From an uncultured Bdellovibrio sp. (lineage in GTDB: Bacteria; Bdellovibrionota; Bdellovibrionia; Bdellovibrionales; Bdellovibrionaceae): a stretch of DNA of 64,000 bases. Shown here piece after piece: positions 51,127 through 61,223 of this stretch; the stretch's first letter is position 1; the number at the start of each line of letters is the position of its first letter. The notes beneath the pieces were generated by a model, which saw only the letters and a program-made list of their open reading frames with translations, ran no database searches and had not been told where the DNA came from. A program made the translations under genes and the position numbers. The stretch is from NCBI GenBank assembly GCA_963932905.1, contig CAWVRN010000001.1, positions 1-64,000 of the forward strand, given 5' to 3'.

Positions 51127-51935
51127 AAACAGTTTTAGGTTTTTTATTTTTCTCTCTATTTTCGTTTGCCTATATTCCGCCGTTGAAAATGATTTTAGAT
51201 CGTACGTCTGAAAATGCTGGTACCGGAGTTTATTCCATTGAAACCGAAGTGACTTTTTCCGACGGCACTAACGAAGCCTCAGTAAAAGAAAGTTGGCTAG
51301 TTGAAAATGAAAGAAACCTTCGCCTAACAGTGACAGGATTAAAAGAACTTAAAGGCTTAAAACTAACTTACGTTTATGAAAACGGTTTGAAATGGGCGAT
51401 GAAGGGACAAAAGCGAGAATCACAACCAGCTCCGGCTGAATTATTAGAACGCTGGCATCACATTAGAAATGCTGATGCTTTAAATAATTTTATAATACAA
51501 AACAAAATTATTCCAGAATACAAAAAAGACAGCAAACAATCACGCGCCGTTTATGAAGAAAGCTTTGTACACTTAGGACGCACAGAAGGGGTTGTTAATT
51601 ACGCAATTGGGGAAAACACAAAAGACTCGCTATTCCCAAAGCTTTGGATTGAACAAGATTTTTTTGTAATCCGCAAACTTCGTCTACCGTCACAAGTGGA
51701 ATTGGAATTTGAAAATTACAAATCGTATTCTAAAGGCCTAAACTATCCAAAACACAAATTAGTACGTTGGGGACAAAATAAAGTCAGCGTGAATACACTG
51801 TCTGTTGTTCCAAAAAGTGGAAATTTATCGGCACAATTTGACCCAAAAAGCTTAGATTCAAATAATCAATCAGAAGTACTATACAACAATCCTTTAAAAA
51901 CCCTTTTAGAAGAGTTTTACACTCGGTTTAGATGA
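51123..51935 (+). CDS. Exported hypothetical protein, possibly LolA-like fold
   Basis: Signal peptide; KLWIEQD..IRKL pattern. Confidence 0.6.
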   Translation: MKTVLGFLFFSLFSFAYIPPLKMILDRTSENAGTGVYSIETEVTFSDGTNEASVKESWLVENERNLRLTVTGLKELKGLKLTYVYENGLKWAMKGQKRESQPAPAELLERWHHIRNADALNNFIIQNKIIPEYKKDSKQSRAVYEESFVHLGRTEGVVNYAIGENTKDSLFPKLWIEQDFFVIRKLRLPSQVELEFENYKSYSKGLNYPKHKLVRWGQNKVSVNTLSVVPKSGNLSAQFDPKSLDSNNQSEVLYNNPLKTLLEEFYTRFR

Positions 51936-53959
51936 TAAAAAAATACGCTCAAGTTGCTGTCGCAGCTCCTATCAAAGGTTTGCTGACGTACCTGATTCCT
52001 GATGAGTTAAGCCATGTTTCCGCAGGAAACGTGGTGAATGTTCCGCTTGGCAAACGAAAATGTCGCGGTATCGTTTTCTCTATCACCGATCAAACACCAG
52101 AAACCGAATTCGAAATTAAACCATTGGACAGCATTGACGCTGAGTATGGGGCAAACAGTCTTGTTCCAAGGTTAAAATGGATTCAATGGCTTGCAGAGTA
52201 TTATTTTCATCCCATTGGGTTAGTAGCCGATTTGATTTTACCTCCACTATCTAAAGGCACAAAAAATACGGCCCGCAAACGATCACCGATTCCTGAGTTT
52301 CCACCCGAAGCACCCTATGCATTAAATGCAGAACAGGAAACCGTGTATAAAGACATCGCTGCTGACGTTGGTTTTCAAACTCATTTACTTTATGGCGTGA
52401 CGGGATCGGGAAAAACGGAAGTCTATCTTCATTTGTTTGAAAAGACTTTGCAGGAAGGTAAAACGGGTCTTTTTTTATTACCCGAAATTTCTTTGACTCC
52501 GCAGCTGGTGAATCGTTTTGCAAAACGCTTCGGATCTAAAATTGCTTTGCTTCATTCGCAATTAACTGATCGTGAACGCACCCAGTTCTGGTGGGAAATG
52601 ATTCAAGGTGAAAAGCAAATTTTAATTGGCGCTCGATCGGCGTTGTTCTGCCCAGTTCCCAATCTTGGCCTAATCGTTGTGGACGAAGAACATGAATCCA
52701 GCTTCAAACAAGAAGAAAAATTGAAATATCATGGCCGGGATGTGGCTATCATGTTAGCCAAAGAAATGAATTGCCCTATTGTTTTAGGCTCGGCAACACC
52801 CAGTTTTGAATCGTGGTTAAATGCAAGTAAAGGTAAATTTAAACTTCACCGTATGACTAAACGTGTGGGTGATATTCAGCTGCCAGAAATAAAAATTATA
52901 GATTTAAAGTCCTCTGCACCACGATCAAAAGAATTGAAATTGCCTTTTTGGATGAGCGAAGAGCTTCACACAGAATTGCAAAATAATTTAGAAAACAGCT
53001 TTCAATCTGCTCTTTTTTTAAATCGTCGAGGCATGAGTCAATCCATCATCTGCCCGATGTGCGGCTATACCAAAGAGTGTCCTAACTGTGATATCAAACT
53101 AACCTTACACGCACACAATCATTTAGTATGTCACTATTGTGACTACCATGAAAGTTTCAAACAACGTTGTTCCGACTGCCACGAAGGAACGATGGAACCG
53201 TTAGGAATTGGAACAGAAAGTGTAGAAACTGAAATCAAAAAAATGTTCCCTGAAGCGCGAATTTTGCGGGTCGATCGAGATGAAATTCAAAATCGAATCG
53301 ATCTAGAAAATGCGATAGAAAAAGTTGAAAAACAAGAAGTTGACATACTGATCGGCACACAGATGATTGCTAAAGGCCTAGATTTTCCAAATCTAAAATT
53401 GGTTGGCCTGGTGCTAGCCGATGTAGGCTTTAACCTTCCAGATTTTCGTGCTGGCGAACGTGCCGTGCAATTGATTTTACAAATGAGTGGCCGCGCGGGA
53501 CGCCATAAAAAAGAAAACGAACCTAATGGAGTTGTAATTTTGCAAACGTTTAATCCAGAAAGTGAAATCGTACAGATGGCTAGTAAGTCAGACTACGAGA
53601 TCTTTACCGACTATGATTTAAAAAACCGTCAAATATTCAGCTACCCACCATTTGGCAAAATGATTTCGTTTCGAATTCAATCCAGAGATCTAGATAAATC
53701 CCAAAAAACGGCTCGCATGCTATCGGAACGATGTTTTAATTTAAAAGAAAAATCTGACTCTTTTGATGAAATCCAAGTTTTAGGCCCTACGGAATCCCCA
53801 ATTGCAAAAATTCGTAATGAATTTCGTTTCCAGGTTATTCTAAAAGCCAATAACGCTGCTGTTTTGCACCGATTTGCTAAAATAGTTCTGCAAAATGAAA
53901 AATGGATTCCTACAGCCGTGAAACTATACGCCGATGTGGATCCGATGAATTTATTGTAG
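51932..53959 (+). CDS. priA: Primosomal protein N'
   Basis: GVTGSGKTEVY, PEISLTPQ, DEEH, four CxxC pairs, GTQMIAKGLDFP. Confidence 0.97.
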   Translation: MIKKYAQVAVAAPIKGLLTYLIPDELSHVSAGNVVNVPLGKRKCRGIVFSITDQTPETEFEIKPLDSIDAEYGANSLVPRLKWIQWLAEYYFHPIGLVADLILPPLSKGTKNTARKRSPIPEFPPEAPYALNAEQETVYKDIAADVGFQTHLLYGVTGSGKTEVYLHLFEKTLQEGKTGLFLLPEISLTPQLVNRFAKRFGSKIALLHSQLTDRERTQFWWEMIQGEKQILIGARSALFCPVPNLGLIVVDEEHESSFKQEEKLKYHGRDVAIMLAKEMNCPIVLGSATPSFESWLNASKGKFKLHRMTKRVGDIQLPEIKIIDLKSSAPRSKELKLPFWMSEELHTELQNNLENSFQSALFLNRRGMSQSIICPMCGYTKECPNCDIKLTLHAHNHLVCHYCDYHESFKQRCSDCHEGTMEPLGIGTESVETEIKKMFPEARILRVDRDEIQNRIDLENAIEKVEKQEVDILIGTQMIAKGLDFPNLKLVGLVLADVGFNLPDFRAGERAVQLILQMSGRAGRHKKENEPNGVVILQTFNPESEIVQMASKSDYEIFTDYDLKNRQIFSYPPFGKMISFRIQSRDLDKSQKTARMLSERCFNLKEKSDSFDEIQVLGPTESPIAKIRNEFRFQVILKANNAAVLHRFAKIVLQNEKWIPTAVKLYADVDPMNLL

Positions 53960-54352
53960 TTATGTCTTCGGCGTTTCCGGCTGATTTCGCATGTGATCGG
54001 CCAGTCGTGCGATTGCCGACATAAACATAGAATTAAATTCTGGCGGCGTTTGGCAAAGTTCAAGGGCTCGCTTCATACAGAATAACCATTGATCTCGCTC
54101 AGCCACGCCGATTGCAAAGGGTAAATGGCGAGCACGCAGACGAGGGTGTCCATACTTCTGCACGAACAAATCGGGTCCGCCCAACCATCCTGATAAAAAC
54201 TCAAACAATTTCTGATTGGCTCGTGGCAAATCGGGGTGAATTTTCAAAATGCCTGCAGTCTCTGGAGACTCGGCCATCACTTTGTAAAATGCATCGACTA
54301 GTTTTTTTAGTTCCGCTTCGCCACCCAGTGCTTGGTACAATGTCATTTCCAA
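53960..54352 (-). CDS. Group II truncated hemoglobin
   Basis: LGGE..LVDAFY, FLSGWLGGP, GHPRLRARHLPFAI, ERDQWL. Confidence 0.92.
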   Translation of the reverse strand: MEMTLYQALGGEAELKKLVDAFYKVMAESPETAGILKIHPDLPRANQKLFEFLSGWLGGPDLFVQKYGHPRLRARHLPFAIGVAERDQWLFCMKRALELCQTPPEFNSMFMSAIARLADHMRNQPETPKT

Positions 54353-54436
54353 ATTTACCGTCCTAAAAAATAAAAGGGCCCAACATTTAAAATGTGGACC
54401 CTTAAATATAACGGAAGTCCTAATTCTTCAATAGAA

Positions 54437-55141
54437 TTAGCGGCAAACGTTTCTAACTTCAATGAATTGCTTAATCGATTGGAAACGAGACGCATCAGCT
54501 TTATCGTTAACAAAACGACCACCGTTGCCTTTGATTTTCATCACAATACCCGAACGATCAATTGAAAATAGTCCGTAGGAATTAAATGATTTACCCGCTT
54601 GATTAAAACAACTGTTGATTTGGTAATCAACAACACCGCGATCTTGATATACTAATTGGGTTGCGTCCCAGGCTTTTAAAACACCTGATCTACTTAATGC
54701 CGCGTTTACAATGGTAGTGTCGCGGTTTGGAACTACGCTGAATTCTTTTACGTCGTCCATTAGTACTGACTTTTTAACTTTTACGCACTGACCAGCAAAA
54801 TCGCCGTCTACATTGTTAACCGCGATCAGCTGTTTACCACCATTTCCAGATTTGGTGTAGTACAGTACGGCACTGTCAGTTGGGTGAATGGAAACCTTCA
54901 TATCAATGACATTTTGATCGATTGTGCATTTCAATTTGTTATCGTCAGTAATTCTGATCAGTTGTCCTGATGACAATAACAGATATTTTTTTGCACCCCT
55001 GTCATTTGAGCGTGCTTGTTTGCATTCTTTGTATGATTTTCCGTCACGAGGACAGTTTTTAATATCATCCGCTGATGCAGCAGTCGCCAATGCAGAAACT
55101 AATACCGTCGATAGAACTAACATCATTTTTTGTGTGGTCAT
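54437..55141 (-). CDS. Secreted Cys-containing hypothetical protein
   Basis: AGGGGG RBS before MTTQK, signal peptide; own terminator (54372-54403) and GG-N10-GC promoter (55175-55191). Confidence 0.8.
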   Translation of the reverse strand: MTTQKMMLVLSTVLVSALATAASADDIKNCPRDGKSYKECKQARSNDRGAKKYLLLSSGQLIRITDDNKLKCTIDQNVIDMKVSIHPTDSAVLYYTKSGNGGKQLIAVNNVDGDFAGQCVKVKKSVLMDDVKEFSVVPNRDTTIVNAALSRSGVLKAWDATQLVYQDRGVVDYQINSCFNQAGKSFNSYGLFSIDRSGIVMKIKGNGGRFVNDKADASRFQSIKQFIEVRNVCR

Positions 55142-55339
55142 TTTGATCCCCCTTAATGGTTCGCGCACTATTAAAGCGAAATCCGGGCCAAGCGAGAACG
55201 ATTTAAATGGGGTCAAAGTGGTGGCAAAAAGGGAAATCTATGCTTTGTTGCATGACTTTTCGGCCAACTAACTAAAATAAAAAAGCCCAACGTTTTAGAT
55301 TGGGCTTTTTCTTAAACTTCTTCAAATTTAAAAACTAAA

Positions 55340-55951
55340 TTAGTTTCTGAATAAGCTTTGATTTGTAGTTCCGTAGATGAATTGAATTTGTCTTAAACGA
55401 CCTTTTGAGCTTAAAGCTTCGATTTCATCAGCGTTAACTTCTTGTTGACCATCTACAATAGGAAGTGGTTGCTTGTTTTTATCCATGAAGAATACACCCG
55501 TTCCATTTGAATTGCCTTTGAAAGAGTCAACACCAGTATATGATTGTTTGTTAGATTTCAAAACCTCATAAAATACTGGAGAACCGTTAGATGTAGCGCG
55601 GAAATAATAAGCAGCGCCTTTATCTGTAGACATATAGGCGCGACCTTGGATTACTTTCAAATCTTCAATACCTAAACCAGGTCCTAGATCAAATTTGGTA
55701 ACTGCGCAGCCATTAGAAACCTGAACGATTGTTACATCGCCGCTTTCAAGAACAACAGCTTCCATTTTTTCACCAAAACCTTGAACTTGCTTACAAGCAA
55801 CGCCGTTAGCTTTAATGCGATCTACGTTATTGTTTGAAATTCTGCACTCATCTTGAATACGCTCAGCACATTTTTCGATATCTGCACGTGATTGTTTCGC
55901 GTTTGCACCTAGTGCCGCCAAAGTCATAAGACCTAATACTAATGATTTCAT
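55340..55951 (-). CDS. Secreted hypothetical protein
   Basis: GAGGAG RBS before MKSLV, signal peptide ANA; terminator 55277-55310; GG-N10-GC at 56011-56026. Confidence 0.8.
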   Translation of the reverse strand: MKSLVLGLMTLAALGANAKQSRADIEKCAERIQDECRISNNNVDRIKANGVACKQVQGFGEKMEAVVLESGDVTIVQVSNGCAVTKFDLGPGLGIEDLKVIQGRAYMSTDKGAAYYFRATSNGSPVFYEVLKSNKQSYTGVDSFKGNSNGTGVFFMDKNKQPLPIVDGQQEVNADEIEALSSKGRLRQIQFIYGTTNQSLFRN

Positions 55952-56186
55952 TTTCCACTCCTCGTTATATTTGTAAAGGCATTCGCCTGTTTTGTTTCGC
56001 TCAGGTAATTTGCGAAACGCACACCATGAAAAAACTACGTGTAAACGAAAATACACACACTCGGCTGTATTAAAATGAGACACACGACTCGCAATGGGCG
56101 GCACTGTCTTACCGGATAGGGCTTAAATTAGAAAAGGCCCCTCAAATGAAGAGCCTTGTTTAACTATCGTTTTGAAAGATAATCTA

Positions 56187-56840
56187 CTAGTGAGTAGCGT
56201 TGCAGTAACGGTATGCCATAGATTTAGGCGTGTTTTCGTTAGAGTAGCGACCGTTGATCATGATTTTGCAGTTGTCGTTTTGCGACCATGCGTAGCTAAC
56301 AGATGTGCCTTTTGCATAACCACTGATTGGAGCGCAGAAATCTTTAGAAGTGTTTACGTTAGTGTAACTGCCATATTTCATAACTTTGCAGTTTCCGTTT
56401 CCAGAAATCGCATATGAGTATGGGCTAACTTTAGGAGCCGGTAATGGAACTGGCGCTACTACTACTGGAGAACGGTAACAAGCCCACCATTTTAAGACAA
56501 CGCGACCAGAATCGACAACGCGACCGTTGTAGTTTGATAACTGATATTCAACGGCGCAGTCTTTGCCTAATTCTTTTTCCATTTTTTTATTTAAAGTATA
56601 TGAAGTGCCCTCAAATGGATATGATTTGATAGTTTTACGATTAGAAACATCTACGAAGCGTAAGTTTGTGCAATAACGCTGGTTAACACCTACGAATTTA
56701 AGCGCTAAATCGCCGTTACCAGCTTGTCTTAGTTCAACACGGCCACCGCAAGAATCAAGGCGAGCGCTGTCTTGATAGTAACTATCAGCGAAAGCACCGA
56801 CAGAGAGCATCGATAATAAAGAAATTAATAATATTTTCAT
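56187..56840 (-). CDS. Secreted protein with a duplicated C-terminal Cys module
   Basis: Signal peptide AFA-D, Pro-rich linker, two YxxSxxxNCKxM repeats. Confidence 0.8.
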   Translation of the reverse strand: MKILLISLLSMLSVGAFADSYYQDSARLDSCGGRVELRQAGNGDLALKFVGVNQRYCTNLRFVDVSNRKTIKSYPFEGTSYTLNKKMEKELGKDCAVEYQLSNYNGRVVDSGRVVLKWWACYRSPVVVAPVPLPAPKVSPYSYAISGNGNCKVMKYGSYTNVNTSKDFCAPISGYAKGTSVSYAWSQNDNCKIMINGRYSNENTPKSMAYRYCNATH

Positions 56841-56997
56841 AAATTCTCCTAAAAGGGTTATTGGTTTTATTTTCAGAACCCAGAGAATATAGAAAATTCA
56901 AATTTTTAGAAATTGTACTGATTTTGTACGGTAGTTATTACAAAAGAATAGAAAAGACCCCCGCCAGGCAGAGGTCTTTTAAAGTTTCAGTTAAAAA

Positions 56998-57288
56998 CTA
57001 GTGTCTAGCTTCACAGTAGTAGTCAGCAACGAGCTGCTGAGTAAATTGATCGTTGATCATCATTTTGCAGTTACCTTTTCTAGACCACTCGTATTTAAGA
57101 GTAGTGCCTTTAGGCATACCATTGATTGGCGCACACCAGTAATCGGCAACATTGTAACCAGCGTATCGGTAGTTGATCATAAGCTTACAGTTTCCAGCGT
57201 TAGAAATCGCGTAAGAATATGGGTTGTAGTCAGCAGCAAAAACGTTTACTGCAACAAGTGTTACAAGAGATGCTAAAATAGCTTTCAT
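56998..57288 (-). CDS. Small secreted protein made only of the duplicated Cys module
   Basis: Signal peptide VFA-A; homologous to the C-terminus of 56187-56840. Confidence 0.8.
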   Translation of the reverse strand: MKAILASLVTLVAVNVFAADYNPYSYAISNAGNCKLMINYRYAGYNVADYWCAPINGMPKGTTLKYEWSRKGNCKMMINDQFTQQLVADYYCEARH

Positions 57289-57672
57289 AAAAACTCCTTA
57301 ATAAGGTTGTTGGTTTGTTGTTTGTTTCGAGAGCAATAGTAATTCAAATAAAAAAAAATAGAATTGTATTAATTTTGGTGAGCATTTCCTTCCACAAATT
57401 TAGAAAAAAATTTCTCCTCGTCGTATTTTTTTTCGCGAATTTTTTTCTAAAACACACAGAAAATTGTGTTAGGAAAAATTTGAGCTATCGCGAAGCCCTT
57501 GGAAATATTTACATGCAAAATAGGAAATTCACGGATTTGAAAGCAACGATAAATAAAATCGCAGAATTTTTTCCGTTTTTTAACCAGGTCCAGGACTTGT
57601 GAAACGCTTTCTTCAGAGCTCGACCAAGATAAAAACCTTGATCTTGTTTTTGAATCACCTCAAAATTATGGA

Positions 57673-58515
57673 ATGCAAAAGTGTCCACGCTGCCAATTAC
57701 AAGTCACAGAACTACATGCTGTCGATCCTGAATTCGAAGCACAGTTGCAAGCTCTTGGCGAAGTGGTTACGGGTGCAATTTGTCTTGCATGTAGTTCAGA
57801 TCTTCGAAAACTTCTTTCACAAAGTCGCGGCGGCACGTTGCTCGCTCAAGAACGAGCTAAAGAATCATATCGTCTGGATCTATGGAAAAATCGTGTCGCA
57901 TTGGTAAAAAAAGCGCGTGATTTCATGAACGGAAAAAACTTTACCGCAGCCGCTGTAACTTACGAAAAATATCTTAAAGTTTTAGAAATAGTTTTCAGTT
58001 TAAAAAAAGGCCAAACCTTAACACCGAAATTATTTAAAGATTCGGCTCGTACTAGCGAGATCACAGTCGTCGCCTCTGTCTATTGGGATTTATTTCGTAT
58101 TTATGACACAAACGACAAATACAGTGATCGACAGCAAATGGCCGGCAAACAATTAGCTTCCTTCATTCAATATTCGCCTATCTACCCGGATATTATTAAA
58201 AAAGCGGACGCGTTTCTCAAATCAGCGAAAAATCCAGCTATCGTAAAAGCTTTTATCAAAGAGGCCACTCAGCAAAGGCCACGATGTTTCATTGCCACTA
58301 GCACCTACGGTGATCCTTTCTGCGAGGAAGTCGTGTATTTGCGCTTGTTTCGTGACTACTTCCTGTGCAAACACCCACTTGGTCGCCTTTTCGTAAATGC
58401 CTACTATCTGATATCCCCACCCCTTGCGGGTCTGATTGACAAGCATATTTTCCTGAAAAAATGCAGTAATTGCCTACTGAATAGCGTGATTAAATGCATT
58501 AGACATATTTATTGA
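57673..58515 (+). CDS. Zn-ribbon/TPR protein with CFI-box-CTERM domain
   Basis: CPRC..CLAC, TPR-like helices, CFIATSTYG..EEVVYLRLFRD..GRLFVNAYYLISPPLA. Confidence 0.75.
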   Translation: MQKCPRCQLQVTELHAVDPEFEAQLQALGEVVTGAICLACSSDLRKLLSQSRGGTLLAQERAKESYRLDLWKNRVALVKKARDFMNGKNFTAAAVTYEKYLKVLEIVFSLKKGQTLTPKLFKDSARTSEITVVASVYWDLFRIYDTNDKYSDRQQMAGKQLASFIQYSPIYPDIIKKADAFLKSAKNPAIVKAFIKEATQQRPRCFIATSTYGDPFCEEVVYLRLFRDYFLCKHPLGRLFVNAYYLISPPLAGLIDKHIFLKKCSNCLLNSVIKCIRHIY

Positions 58516-58570
58516 GTGACAGGATTTCCGTCTTTTCATTACTTTGAAAGGTGAAGAAAGGATTTCTTAT

Positions 58571-59692
58571 ATGAGTCAACGTCATTACGATTACATTATT
58601 GTCGGCAGCGGTTTACCAGGTTTGCTACTTGCTAGCACTTTGAGCCGTTTTACATCGAATATCGCTTTGCTCGAGGCCAACGAATCTTTTGGTGGTTGCC
58701 ATAAACGCATCGAAAACGCGATGGGATCTTTTGAAAATGGTCTAAGATACTTCCCCAATACAGAATCATCAAAATCGGCTTTAGAGTTTGCTGAAAACGT
58801 AATGGGTCTAAAAGTTCATGACGAACCTAAAGAATCACCGGTCATGTTTTTTGAAGGCGGTCAGTTTAAACCCTTCTTAGGTTTCGGTGATGTTCATGTC
58901 GATTTTTATGATGAATTAGCATATTTCCTTTCCGCTTCTGAATTACCATTAAAGTTTCCAGTGTATGAGTGGCCAAAACGCCTGATGGAAAACTTTAAAG
59001 GCGATTTTTTACCTCGCTCTATCGTGACTCGCTTTCAAAGCGAAGGAACTCAAGTAAAAAGTGTTTTGATCAACGGAACAAAAACACTTCATGCGGATCA
59101 ATTTATATTCTGCGGATCGTTCAAAGATCTAAGTGTTTTATTACCAACTGAAACCTTATCTTCCCGTGCAAAAAATAAATTAAACAAAACCAATTACTGG
59201 ACATCTATTTGTTTGGATATCTTGCACTCAACTCCATTTGAACAAAACAACACGTATCACGTTTTAAACGGTACGACTCAGGACGAACTTGGTCCTTGTT
59301 TTGGTAAAATCTATCCTCCAGGTGAAACAACGCAGTTTTCGCAATGGATTTCATTTGTAGATGACGAACTATCTGACGATTCTGAAGTCACGGCGCATGC
59401 TCTAAAAAAGATGAAGAGACAGATTAAACGCGCCTACCCAACAGCTCTGGACAATCCTCTTTCTGAGCGCATTTTCGTTTACTCTAACTATGCCGGTGAT
59501 GGCGTCCTAAAAGTGAATGAGAACCAAACTATCGCGGGCTTAGACAATCTTTGGATCGCGTCACCAACAATAAATTCGAACAAAAATATGGTCGGCGCCA
59601 TCAAGCAAGCCGAGCTAGTTTTGGCGAGTTTAGGATTTACAGCAGAAAAACAGACTGTTGAGAATTCGGTACCCGAGGCTAATTTAATTTGA
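58571..59692 (+). CDS. FAD-dependent oxidoreductase-like protein
   Basis: YDYIIVGSGLPG..LLEANESFGG Rossmann motif. Confidence 0.7.
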   Translation: MSQRHYDYIIVGSGLPGLLLASTLSRFTSNIALLEANESFGGCHKRIENAMGSFENGLRYFPNTESSKSALEFAENVMGLKVHDEPKESPVMFFEGGQFKPFLGFGDVHVDFYDELAYFLSASELPLKFPVYEWPKRLMENFKGDFLPRSIVTRFQSEGTQVKSVLINGTKTLHADQFIFCGSFKDLSVLLPTETLSSRAKNKLNKTNYWTSICLDILHSTPFEQNNTYHVLNGTTQDELGPCFGKIYPPGETTQFSQWISFVDDELSDDSEVTAHALKKMKRQIKRAYPTALDNPLSERIFVYSNYAGDGVLKVNENQTIAGLDNLWIASPTINSNKNMVGAIKQAELVLASLGFTAEKQTVENSVPEANLI

Positions 59693-59744
59693 CTCTAAAG
59701 TAGGATTTCGGAATACAATCCTTCCAATAAAAAAAGGGGATTTT

Positions 59745-60770
59745 ATGAGAAATTCTATTCTGTTCCTGTTCGGTTTTCTTTTCGTCTCTACTGGATTTGC
59801 ACAAACTAACAACAGCAAGCTTCCATCACTGAAGATTGATCAGTCTAACATTACCGTGTCTGGCGTCTCGTCTGGCGGTTATATGGCTGTTCAACTTCAT
59901 GTGGCCCTATCGACAGTTTTTAAAGGTGCAGCTTCAGTAGCCGGTGGTCCTTACTGGTGCGGTGAAGGCGATGCTAATATCGCTCAAGACAAATGCATGA
60001 AGCATCCTGATAAAATCAAGACAGAAACGTCTATAAACCAAGCCCTTGCGGAAGCAAAAGCGGGCAAGATCGAAAATCTAAATAACTTGAAAAACTCAAA
60101 AGTATATATTTTCTCTTCAGCTAAAGACACCGTTGTCCCTAAGAAAAATAGCGATCGATTATACGAATTCTACGCCAATTTCATTCCTAAAAATCAAATC
60201 GTATATCAAAATACGATTAATAATGCGGGCCACTCATGGGTGACAAAAAGCTACGGCAGCGCTTGTTCCGCCGAAGGAATTCCCTATATTAACAACTGCA
60301 ATTACGATATGGCCGGTGATATCTTAAAATTATTCTACGGAAATTTAAAAGTGAGCCGCGCCCCACGCGCGACAGTGAATGCTCAGCTTTATCAATTCGA
60401 TCAAACTGAATTCCAAACACAAAATTCGTCTCTATATAACTTTGGTTATATCTATGTACCTAAGGCGTGTATGGAAAATCGCAGAAGCACGCGTATGGAC
60501 GCTTGTAAACTGCATGTCGCTCTTCACGGATGCTTACAAAATCCAGGTATCATTCAAGATAAATTCGCAGTGAATTCGGGTTTAAACACATGGGCTGAAG
60601 CCAACAATATCGTTATCCTTTACCCACAAGTAGCTGTTGCTGCTGGAAACCCGTACGGTTGCTGGGACTGGTTTGGTTACACAGATAAAAAGACATATGC
60701 CAATCGTAGCGGTCCACAAATCGTTGCGATCCAAAAAATGGTTTACCGCCTACTTGGTAAATTCCAATAA
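59745..60770 (+). CDS. Secreted poly(3-hydroxybutyrate) depolymerase-family esterase
   Basis: VSGVSSGGYMA, LHVALHGCLQ, NNIVILYPQ, NPYGCWDWFGY. Confidence 0.85.
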   Translation: MRNSILFLFGFLFVSTGFAQTNNSKLPSLKIDQSNITVSGVSSGGYMAVQLHVALSTVFKGAASVAGGPYWCGEGDANIAQDKCMKHPDKIKTETSINQALAEAKAGKIENLNNLKNSKVYIFSSAKDTVVPKKNSDRLYEFYANFIPKNQIVYQNTINNAGHSWVTKSYGSACSAEGIPYINNCNYDMAGDILKLFYGNLKVSRAPRATVNAQLYQFDQTEFQTQNSSLYNFGYIYVPKACMENRRSTRMDACKLHVALHGCLQNPGIIQDKFAVNSGLNTWAEANNIVILYPQVAVAAGNPYGCWDWFGYTDKKTYANRSGPQIVAIQKMVYRLLGKFQ

Positions 60771-61223
60771 ATTACAAATCTGATTTTGCAAAAACTGGGT
60801 CCGTCGACAGCTGACTCAGTTTTTTGTACCTGAATTAAGCTCCACACCTGAATATTTCGCAATAAATCCCGTTTTTTACCTCATGATAGATGAAAAATCC
60901 CGGCGAACCATCGGTTATCTTGATTTTATCGCTATCTGAGCAATCCAAACAGGCTTTCAATCCAGAGCTCGCCTATATCAACAGTAACATTGAATTGATA
61001 AATAGTTTCCTATCCCTAGATCGTAATGAAACTCCTTGCCTAGGACAAAATGTTCGTGTTAGCTATCCAACCAAATACTCACTTCGAGTTACTATCTGGT
61101 CCCGAAAAAAACGGGTGCTACTTTAAGGGGAAACCTTCGGTTTGCGTAAAACGCAAAAAAGCGTTTCAAATCGATAACTTAAAGCTCTGACTTGAAGGCG
61201 GAATAACCAGTAAAGGAGAGTCC

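Noticed and set aside
57315..57907. ORFs 57315-57602 and 57599-57907
   Set aside because: AT-rich promoter DNA and an out-of-frame overlap with 57673-58515.
60890..61126. 78-aa ORF before rpsB
   Set aside because: No RBS or motif; overlaps the probable rpsB promoter/leader region.
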